The notes under the pieces: model-generated
Databases searched by the model: none
Seen by the model: only the letters and a program-made list of their open reading frames with translations
What the model was told of the DNA's origin: nothing
Program-made: the position numbers and the translations under genes
In this document: positions 8,339-15,517 of the stretch, piece after piece
How the letters are laid out: each line of letters begins with the position of its first letter
Position numbering within the stretch: the stretch's first letter is position 1
From: Armatimonadia bacterium
Lineage (GTDB): Bacteria > Armatimonadota > Zipacnadia > Zipacnadales > UBA11051
Direction of reading: 5' to 3'
NCBI GenBank assembly: GCA_039683575.1
Contig: JBDKRC010000339.1
Coordinates: 1-16,701 of the forward strand
Length of the DNA stretch: 16,701 nucleotides

Positions 8339-9229
8339 ATGCGTGTGGAAGGACCTTCTGCATCAGCGCTCCGTCTTCCCGTTGGGACGATCTATGACGG
8401 AAGTCGTGGAATTGACCAACTCTGCCGCTTGGTCAAGTTCGACGCGGGTAATGCTGCTGAAGTAGTCCTGGACTTGACACGCTGCAGCTTCATTGGCCAG
8501 ACCGCGACAGCGGTGCTGGGTGCCATTGTGAGACGACTTCATTCACGGGGAGTAGGAGTGTTCGCCACGTTCGGAGGCCAAAGCAGAGTGGAGGATCACC
8601 TCCGCCGAAACGGGTTTCTGCACGCGTTTGGGTGGGAGAAATTGCCACCTACTGGTCACGCTGTGCCGTACCGCCAGGACAAGGTACTCAACAGTGCTGC
8701 ACTGACCGACTATCTGATGAACAGTTGGATTGGCACTGGCTGGGTTGACGTGAGTGAATCCCTTAGTAGGGCCATCGCTGGAGCGGTGTGCGAAATTTAC
8801 ATGAATGCCCATGAGCATAGCGAGTCTTCCGTCGGCGTCTTCAGTTGTGGCCAGCACTATGGGGCGAGGTATGGCCGGGAGGCTATTCTGAGGTTGGCGG
8901 TTGTTGACCTCGGGATTGGTATCGTAGAGAACGTTCGTAGGTTTGCGAAGAACCCTGGCATCAAGGCGGATGATGCGTTGCGCTGGGCATTCTACAACGG
9001 CAGTAGCACAAAACACAGTGACACCATGCGCCGCGGACTTGGCTTAGGGCTGTTAAGAGACTTCGTCCAAGTGAACGGAGGCAGCCTTCAACTTCATACT
9101 AATGACGGCCAAGTTATGATTAGGACCGGACAAGATGAATATGCTACCCGGACGGCCCATTTTGGCGGCACGGTGGTCGTGATCGAGATAGTGTGCGATG
9201 AACGACACTACCACTTCAAGAATGAGTAG
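8339..9229 (+). CDS. STAS-like domain plus GHKL/HATPase (anti-sigma-factor-type Ser kinase-like) protein
   Basis: 296 aa from ATG 8339. N-terminal VVLDLTRCSFIGQTATAVL...HLRRNGF (STAS-like). C-terminal N-box EIYMNAHEHS, G1 AVVDLGIGI, G2 RRGLGLGLL and terminal GTVV. No TM segments or HisKA H-box. Confidence 0.85.
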   Translation: MRVEGPSASALRLPVGTIYDGSRGIDQLCRLVKFDAGNAAEVVLDLTRCSFIGQTATAVLGAIVRRLHSRGVGVFATFGGQSRVEDHLRRNGFLHAFGWEKLPPTGHAVPYRQDKVLNSAALTDYLMNSWIGTGWVDVSESLSRAIAGAVCEIYMNAHEHSESSVGVFSCGQHYGARYGREAILRLAVVDLGIGIVENVRRFAKNPGIKADDALRWAFYNGSSTKHSDTMRRGLGLGLLRDFVQVNGGSLQLHTNDGQVMIRTGQDEYATRTAHFGGTVVVIEIVCDERHYHFKNE

Positions 9230-9256
9230 TTTGGGTACTTCCGCGGAGGAACCATC

Positions 9257-9601
9257 ATGAAGATAAGCGTCAAGGAACAAGTAGGTCCAAATTGCCTCAC
9301 TATAGACGACGGCGAGATCATATATCAATTGTTGCACGGGCCACTCATGGCCGGAGAGGATGTCGAACTGGATTTCGGAGGGGTGGAGGTAATAGCATCA
9401 CCGTTCTTCAATGCGTCGGTTGGCCAACTACTCCGTGACATTCCGGAGCATGACCTTCGCGCGAGACTGCACTTTGAGGGATTATCGATTGCGGGAACGC
9501 ACGTGTTGGGGCGCGTCATAGCAAACTCTGCCGAGTACTACAGCAATCCAGATATGCGAAGGACTATTGATGAAATCCTTGATGGGGGAGGCAACGACTA
9601 A
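9257..9601 (+). CDS. STAS-like domain protein (DUF4325-like)
   Basis: 114 aa. GGAGG at 9245-9249. VELDFGGVEVIASPFFNASVGQL matches the STAS/anti-anti-sigma phospho-loop, with Ser48 at 9398-9400. Confidence 0.85.
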   Translation: MKISVKEQVGPNCLTIDDGEIIYQLLHGPLMAGEDVELDFGGVEVIASPFFNASVGQLLRDIPEHDLRARLHFEGLSIAGTHVLGRVIANSAEYYSNPDMRRTIDEILDGGGND

Positions 9602-10239
9602 TGGCAATCAACTATAGAGTTGCTGCCGATGTTGTTGATATCAGGACCGATGCCCCAAGAAGCAGCGACGTGTTCCTTGTTGATACGAACGTATGGTTCT
9701 GGATGACGTATTCCCGTGCCGGCTCCGGAGATCGTCCTCCCAGGCACTATCAGGTCACTGACTACCCCCTATTCGTCCGCCAGGCGCTTGCGGCCCACGC
9801 CAACATCCACCGCTGTGAGTTGTCATTGCCAGAACTCGCATCTCTCGTCGAGAAGACTGAGTTGGCAATCTACAGCGCAGCTACTGGATTTGACAGAAGT
9901 GTTCCGAATGCGCTGAAAATATACCGCCACAACGAGATCGCCGAACGTTCGAATGTGGTGGGAGAGATCCAGTCAGCGTGGTCGTTGTTGACGACGATGG
10001 CGAAGGCTGTTTCTTTTGTGGTTGACGAGACGCTGGGGGCGGGCACTATTGGCTGCTGCAGCAATTGTCAGCTTGACGCGTATGACGCCATGATGGTGGG
10101 GGCGGCCAGCCAGTGTAACATCAGCCAGATCATCACAGACGATGGTGATTACTGTACCATACCGGGTATCACTGTGTTCACCGCCAACCGTAGTGTCATT
10201 GGGGCTGCTAACCTGGCCAATAGGCTCGTGGTCCGATGA
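9601..10239 (+). CDS. PIN domain (VapC-like) ribonuclease
   Basis: 212 aa. FLVDTNVW, SLPELA, LDAYDA and ITDDGDY supply the PIN acidic residues. ATG overlaps the STAS stop (TAATG). Confidence 0.88.
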   Translation: MAINYRVAADVVDIRTDAPRSSDVFLVDTNVWFWMTYSRAGSGDRPPRHYQVTDYPLFVRQALAAHANIHRCELSLPELASLVEKTELAIYSAATGFDRSVPNALKIYRHNEIAERSNVVGEIQSAWSLLTTMAKAVSFVVDETLGAGTIGCCSNCQLDAYDAMMVGAASQCNISQIITDDGDYCTIPGITVFTANRSVIGAANLANRLVVR

Positions 10240-10329
10240 GCATCTTTTGATCTGTCGCATGGGTCGAAGCGAGACACCAAGCTTGCGAAGATCGGTGGGG
10301 TGCAGTTCCTGAAGATGAGATAGTGCCGT

Positions 10330-10359
10330 TTGACAGCCCTGCTCCCCATGTGGCATACT
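10330..10359 (+). promoter_or_regulatory. Sigma70-type promoter of the hyf/ehr-like operon
   Basis: Consensus TTGACA (10330-10335), 18 nt, CATACT (10354-10359) with extended -10 TG at 10351-10352. Confidence 0.7.
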
Positions 10360-10512
10360 GCGCCCGCTCGTACGAGCCCCGTCCCACCGCCGCGAGGCGC
10401 CTCCTGTCCGACGCCCACGACGATGCGCATCTCTTGGCGCTGTCACCTGTTGGTAAGTCCCCGTCGTTCGTCGTCTTCATGAACGGGTTCAGGTCCCCAG
10501 CGTAATCGGATC

Positions 10513-12507
10513 GTGTTCGAAGTGTTACCCCCGGAATTACCCGGCGGCTTCGCATTACCGTGTGAAGCCGCTCTCATTCTTTGGTTCGCCGTATCCGTCA
10601 TCGGCCTGCTCAGGCGCAATCACGCCGGGCGAGTCCTCCCTGCCTTGACGGGTCTGGGCGCCCTCTTATTGCTGCTGACGGCCGTCCTGGGCGGCAACGC
10701 CCGCTTCGACCTCCCGCTGCCCTGGTCGCTCGCGGACGCCCGCCTGTCTCTGCTCGCCGACCCCCTCAGCCGCTGGTTCCTCGCGATCATCGCCCTCATC
10801 GGCCTACCGGTCGTGCTCTTCTCCTCCGGCTATCTGCACCATCTGCGCAGCCGCGTCTCCCTCGGCCTCGTCTGGTCCGGCCTCGCGCTGCTTCTCGCCA
10901 GCATGGCGGGCGTAGTCCTCGCGGCCAACGCCCTCACGTTCCTCGTAGCCTGGGAGCTCATGGCGCTCTCGTCCTACGCTCTCGTCGCCTCCGACAACCA
11001 CCAGCGCAGCATCCGCCAGGCCGCCTTCACCTATCTCGGCGCCACCCGCATCGGCACCACCGCCCTGATGGCCGGCTTCCTCTGGGCCCACCAGCTCACC
11101 GGTAGCTGGACTTTCGCCGACTGGCACCTGCAGGGCCCGAGCGCCCTCGGTCCCGGCCTCTTGATCCTCGCTGGTCTCGCGGTCAAAGCCGGTTGCTGGC
11201 CCTTCCATCTCTGGCTACCCATCGCCCACCCCGCCGCGCCTGCTCCCGTCTCCGCCATCATGAGCGGCGTCATGATCAAAACCGCGATCTACGCCATGGC
11301 CCGCTTCTTCATCGTCGGTGGCCACCTCTCGGCCCCCGCCCTCGGCCCCACGATCCTCATCCTCGGCGCCATCTCTGCGCCCTGGGGCGTCCTCTTCGCC
11401 CTCCTGCAACACGATCTCAAGCGCCTCCTCGCCTACCACAGCGTCGAGAACATCGGCATCATCCTGATGGGCCTCGGCGTCTCCCTGCTTGGCGTGCAGT
11501 GGCACTCGCCCCTGCTCGCCCAACTCGGTCTCGCCGCCGCCCTCTTCCATACTCTCAACCACGCCGTCTTCAAGAGCCTGCTCTTCCTCAGCACCGGGGC
11601 CGTGGACGCCCAGACCCACCTGCGCGACATCGAGCGCCTCGGCGGACTGATCAAGCGTATGCCATGGACTGCCGGCGCCTTCATCGTGGGCAGCGCCGCC
11701 ATCTGCGCCCTGCCGCCCCTGAATGGCTTCGCCAGCGAATGGCTGCTCTATCAGGGCTTCTTCGGCCTTGCCGCAGGCGGCCCTGATGTAGCCTCACGCC
11801 TCGGCGGCCTGCTGCTCATGGGCTGGTTAGGCCTCGTTGGCGCCCTCGCCATCGCCTGTTTTGCCAAGGCCGTGGGCATCGTCTTCCTCGGCCTCCCGCG
11901 CAGCACCGAGGCCGAACAAGCCCACGAGGTCACTCCCGCCATGGTCGCCGCCCAGGCCTTCCTCGGCCTGCTCTGCCTCGCCCTCGGTCTGGCCGTGCCA
12001 ACGCTCCTCGGCCCCCTCGGCCGCATCGCCGCCCCGCTCGGCCCCTCGGGCCCGCTGCAGGCCGCCTGGACCCTCCCTGTGGGTCTCCTGGCCCTGGTCC
12101 TGGTACTCACCCTGTCCGCTCTCGCGGGCTGGATGCTCCTTCTCGCCCGCCGCCATCCCGCGCGCACCTTCATCACCTGGGAATGCGGCTTCGGCCCCCT
12201 CGGCCCCCGCACCCAGTACACCGCCACCAGCTTCGCCCAGCCCATTTCCCGCCTCTTCGGCGCCATCTATAACTACGCCGTCGAGATCAGCCGGGCGGGC
12301 CGCCAGCGCCGCCATTTCCCCGACAGCGTCGCCGTCGAGACCGTCCATGAGGCCTACCTCGAAACGCGCCTCTACGCCCCGCTGCTCCGTGCCCTGCGCC
12401 ACGCCTCCGGCGTCTTTCTCATGCGCCTGCAAGCCGGCAGCATCCACCAGTACCTGATCTACATGGCCCTGCTGCTCATGCTGCTGCTCTGGGTGGGGTG
12501 CCGCTGA
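10513..12507 (+). CDS. hyfB: HyfB-like antiporter-type membrane subunit (NuoL/MrpA family) of an Ehr/hydrogenase-4-like complex
   Basis: 664 aa, hydrophobic. FLVAWELMALSS, KAGCWPFHLWLPIAHPAAPAPVSAIMSGVMIK, KRLLAYHSVENIG, NHAVFKSLLF, PPLNGFASEW and TWECGF...QYTATSFAQP. Exact start uncertain. Confidence 0.9.
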   Translation: MFEVLPPELPGGFALPCEAALILWFAVSVIGLLRRNHAGRVLPALTGLGALLLLLTAVLGGNARFDLPLPWSLADARLSLLADPLSRWFLAIIALIGLPVVLFSSGYLHHLRSRVSLGLVWSGLALLLASMAGVVLAANALTFLVAWELMALSSYALVASDNHQRSIRQAAFTYLGATRIGTTALMAGFLWAHQLTGSWTFADWHLQGPSALGPGLLILAGLAVKAGCWPFHLWLPIAHPAAPAPVSAIMSGVMIKTAIYAMARFFIVGGHLSAPALGPTILILGAISAPWGVLFALLQHDLKRLLAYHSVENIGIILMGLGVSLLGVQWHSPLLAQLGLAAALFHTLNHAVFKSLLFLSTGAVDAQTHLRDIERLGGLIKRMPWTAGAFIVGSAAICALPPLNGFASEWLLYQGFFGLAAGGPDVASRLGGLLLMGWLGLVGALAIACFAKAVGIVFLGLPRSTEAEQAHEVTPAMVAAQAFLGLLCLALGLAVPTLLGPLGRIAAPLGPSGPLQAAWTLPVGLLALVLVLTLSALAGWMLLLARRHPARTFITWECGFGPLGPRTQYTATSFAQPISRLFGAIYNYAVEISRAGRQRRHFPDSVAVETVHEAYLETRLYAPLLRALRHASGVFLMRLQAGSIHQYLIYMALLLMLLLWVGCR

Positions 12508-13421
12508 TGACTGCCCTCCTCTTCCAGCTTCTCAGTCTCCTCGTCATCCCGCTGCTGCTAGTGGGCGTGATCCGCAAGTTCAAGGCCCTCATGCAAAATC
12601 GCGTGGGCGCCTCCCTCCTGCAGCCCTTCTTCGATATCGCCAAGCTGCTGCGCAAGTCCGAGACCATCAGCGTCTCCGCGAGTTGGGTCTTCCGTCTCGC
12701 GCCCGTCCTCGGCCTCGCGGTCGCGCTGGTCGTCGCCGTCCTGGTTCCATGGGCCGGGCCGCTATTGCCCCTCTCACTCGCCCCGGCGACCAACTTCCTG
12801 CTTGTCCTCTACCTCCTCTCGCTGGGCAAGTTCATCGCCATGCTGGCCGCCATGGACACCGGCTCCGCCTTCGGTGGCCTCGGTGCCAGTCGCGAGGCAA
12901 CCATCTCGATGCTCGTCGAGCCCACCCTCGTAGTCGGCTTTGCCGCCCTTGGCCTTGGCGCTCACAGCACCGATCTCCTAACCATCTACGGCGCCCCCGC
13001 CAGCGGCATAGTCGCCGGACTCGTCGCCGCCGCCTTTGTCCTCTCGGCCCTCGCCGAACTCTCGCGTATGCCCGTGGACGACCCCACCACTCATCTCGAA
13101 CTCACCATGGTCCACGAGGCCATGATCCTCGAAAACAGCGGGCGCAACCTGGCCCTGACCGAACTCGCGGTCGCTCTGCGCACCTGCGTGTTTCTTGGCC
13201 TCGCCGCCCAGACCGCGCTGCAGGTCTGGCCCGCCCACGCGGCCCTGCCCCTCACCACCCGCTACGCCCTCGGCCTACTCGCCCTCTTCATCGTGGGCGT
13301 GGCCGTCGCCATCGCTGAGGGTATTCTCGTGAAGCTGAAGTGGCGCAAGGTGCCGAACCTGCTCGCCTTCGCAACGGTATTGAGCCTGCTGGCTGCCCTT
13401 ATGGCCGCCGCGCAGGTGTAG
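12507..13421 (+). CDS. hyfC: HyfC/HycD-like (NuoH family) membrane subunit
   Basis: 304 aa. QNRVGASLLQPFFDIAKLLRK, DTGSAFGGLGASRE and RMPVDDPTTHLELTMVHEAMILENSG. ATG overlaps the hyfB stop (TGATG). Confidence 0.92.
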   Translation: MTALLFQLLSLLVIPLLLVGVIRKFKALMQNRVGASLLQPFFDIAKLLRKSETISVSASWVFRLAPVLGLAVALVVAVLVPWAGPLLPLSLAPATNFLLVLYLLSLGKFIAMLAAMDTGSAFGGLGASREATISMLVEPTLVVGFAALGLGAHSTDLLTIYGAPASGIVAGLVAAAFVLSALAELSRMPVDDPTTHLELTMVHEAMILENSGRNLALTELAVALRTCVFLGLAAQTALQVWPAHAALPLTTRYALGLLALFIVGVAVAIAEGILVKLKWRKVPNLLAFATVLSLLAALMAAAQV

Positions 13422-13430
13422 GAGCTTGTT

Positions 13431-14075
13431 ATGAGTCTCTCCCCAATCGATCTCCTTGCTGCCGGCGTCGCCGTCCTGGGCGTCTGGATGTGCGGCGTCA
13501 CCCGCGTCCGCTCCCAGCTATGGGGCCTCTCACTTCAGACGGCCCTGCTGGCCGGTGTCTGCGTGGCTCTGGGCCTGATGCCGGGCGCCTCCCACTACCT
13601 GGTCCTGGCCCTCACTATCTTTCTGATCAAGGCCGTCGCCATCCCCATCTTCCTGGCCTGGTCCGCCGGTCGCCTCGAGATCACCCGAGACACCGGTACG
13701 GTCCTCGGTCCCACCGGCGCGCTCTTCGGCGCCTGCGCAGCCCTCGCCGCGGCCTACTTCATCGCCCCGCGCCTCGCGGTCCCCGCCCTCGGCAACTCCG
13801 GCGCTGCGGCTGTCTCACTCGCCCTGCTGCTCATCGGCATGCTCCTGATGATCACCCGCCGCCTCGCCCTGAGCCAGATCACCGGCTTTTTGGTCCTGGA
13901 AAATGGCATCTTCCTCTACGGCCTGACCCAGACCCACGGCATGCCGCTGCTCCTCGAAATGGGTATTGCCTTCGAGGTCCTCGTCGCCGTCATGATCGCC
14001 GGCCTGGTCATCACTCGCCTCAACCGCAGCTTCGAGCACATTGACGTAACCCAATTGCGGGGGTTACGCCATTGA
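13431..14075 (+). CDS. hyfE: HyfE-like membrane subunit
   Basis: 214 aa, hydrophobic. IKAVAIP, TRRLALSQITGFLVLENGI and PLLLEMG. AGGAG RBS. Confidence 0.9.
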   Translation: MSLSPIDLLAAGVAVLGVWMCGVTRVRSQLWGLSLQTALLAGVCVALGLMPGASHYLVLALTIFLIKAVAIPIFLAWSAGRLEITRDTGTVLGPTGALFGACAALAAAYFIAPRLAVPALGNSGAAAVSLALLLIGMLLMITRRLALSQITGFLVLENGIFLYGLTQTHGMPLLLEMGIAFEVLVAVMIAGLVITRLNRSFEHIDVTQLRGLRH

Positions 14076-15517
14076 GCCCCGCCCTCTATCTCTTCGCCTT
14101 GCCTCTCCTGATGGCCGTACTGGGTCTCTACCCGTGCGGCGGCCGCTGGCTGCCCGGCACTTCCGCCGTCCTCATGCTGCTGCAGGCCGCCGTCGCCGCC
14201 TGGCTCTGCCATCCGCAGCTAACTGGTGCCACCCCGGCCGCTGGCGCCTTCACCCTTGACGGCCTCGGCGCCGCCTTCGTACTCATCACCACCCTCGTCG
14301 CCGCTGCCGCCGTTCTGCAGGCCGCCTTCCTGCTCCCGGCCGAAGGCACCGGCGAAGAGGCCGTCAGCCAGCGCCGTCTCTGCTTCTTCTACACTCTCGC
14401 CGGCCTCTTCCTGTGCGCGATGTACGCCGTCCTGCTCGCCCAGAACCTCGGCTACCTCTGGATCGCGATGGAAGCCACCACGCTTATGTCTGCGCCGCTG
14501 GTGCATTACCACCGCAGCCGCCGCTCGCTCGAAGCCACCTGGAAATACCTCCTGCTCTGCAGCGTCGGTATCGCCTTCGCCCTCTTCGGCACGGTGCTGA
14601 TCTTCGCGGCCCAGCACTCCATCCCCGGCGAGGCCACCCTCTCGGTCACTGGCCTCCTCGCCCGCGCCACGCAACTTGACCCGCGCCTCCTGCGGCTTGG
14701 CTTCATCTTCTGCCTGCTCGGATACGGCACTAAGGCCGGCCTCTTCCCGCTGCACAACTGGCTCCCCGACGCCCACAGCGAGGCCCCTGCTCCCGCCTCC
14801 GCGATGCTCTCCGGCGCCCTGCTAAACTGCGCCCTCGTCGCCCTCTGGCGCCTCTCGCAGTTGGTCACCGCCGCCGGCCAACCCGACCTTGTCCGCCAGA
14901 TTCTCATCCCGGCCGGAGCCATCACCGTCCTCGCCGCCAGCCTCATGCTCGTACGTCAGGTTGATCTCAAGCGCATGTGGGCCTACTCGAGCGTCGAGCA
15001 CGTCGGTCTGCTCGCCCTCGCCATCGGCCTCAGCGCCGGGCCGCTCTTCATTCTCCACGCGTTCAATCACAGTATCGTCAAAGTCGCGCTCTTCCTGCTT
15101 GCGGGCAATCTCCTGCAGCACTACCACACCAAGCGCCTCAGCAAGCTCACCGGCCTGCTCGGCGGCGCCCCAGTCTGGGGCCTCCTGCTGGCCGCCGGGA
15201 GCTTCGCAATCGCTGGCAGCCCGCCCTTCGGCACCTTCCTCAGCGAGTGGCTCATCCTGCGCGACACCTTCGCCGCTGGCGAAATCCTCGCCGCGGTCGT
15301 GGTCCTGATCGGCCTGACCATCACCTTCATCGCCGTCTCAACCCACATCGGCCGCGTGCTCTTCGGCGCCCCGCCGCCCAAACCAGCCCCGGCCGCCCAA
15401 CGCTCCTGGGGCTTCACTCCCGCCATCCTGATCGGCCTTTCGCTGGCCGCGGGCCTGATGCTCACCCCCGCCGCCATGTCCCTGCTGGCCCTGCTCGGAC
15501 GGGGGGTGCTGCAATGA
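14072..15517 (+). CDS. hyfF: HyfF-like antiporter-type membrane subunit
   Basis: 481 aa. WIAMEATTL, SLEATWKYLLLCSVGIAFALFG, GYGTKAGLFPLHNWLPDAHSEAP and KRMWAYSSVEHVG. TTG start overlaps the hyfE stop. Confidence 0.92.
   Translation: MSPALYLFALPLLMAVLGLYPCGGRWLPGTSAVLMLLQAAVAAWLCHPQLTGATPAAGAFTLDGLGAAFVLITTLVAAAAVLQAAFLLPAEGTGEEAVSQRRLCFFYTLAGLFLCAMYAVLLAQNLGYLWIAMEATTLMSAPLVHYHRSRRSLEATWKYLLLCSVGIAFALFGTVLIFAAQHSIPGEATLSVTGLLARATQLDPRLLRLGFIFCLLGYGTKAGLFPLHNWLPDAHSEAPAPASAMLSGALLNCALVALWRLSQLVTAAGQPDLVRQILIPAGAITVLAASLMLVRQVDLKRMWAYSSVEHVGLLALAIGLSAGPLFILHAFNHSIVKVALFLLAGNLLQHYHTKRLSKLTGLLGGAPVWGLLLAAGSFAIAGSPPFGTFLSEWLILRDTFAAGEILAAVVVLIGLTITFIAVSTHIGRVLFGAPPPKPAPAAQRSWGFTPAILIGLSLAAGLMLTPAAMSLLALLGRGVLQ

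Larger units (their letters stand above)
8089..10335. other. Lower-GC, probably horizontally acquired three-gene cassette
   Basis: Sample counts: 28/60 GC at 9601-9660 versus 50/60 at 12001-12060. Many A/T-ending codons compared with the C-ending codons of flanking genes. No integrase or transposase inside. Boundaries approximate. Confidence 0.7.

Noticed and set aside
8339-9229. Two-component sensor histidine kinase
   Set aside because: No H-box/HisKA helix pair, no TM sensor and no response regulator nearby; the STAS partner points to an anti-sigma-type Ser kinase.
10423-10482. Short uORF MRISWRCHLLVSPRRSSSS in frame with hyfB ending in TGA (leader peptide or readthrough)
   Set aside because: No SD sequence, no similarity to HyfB N-termini, and no reason for Sec at this site; cannot be supported without ribosome profiling.
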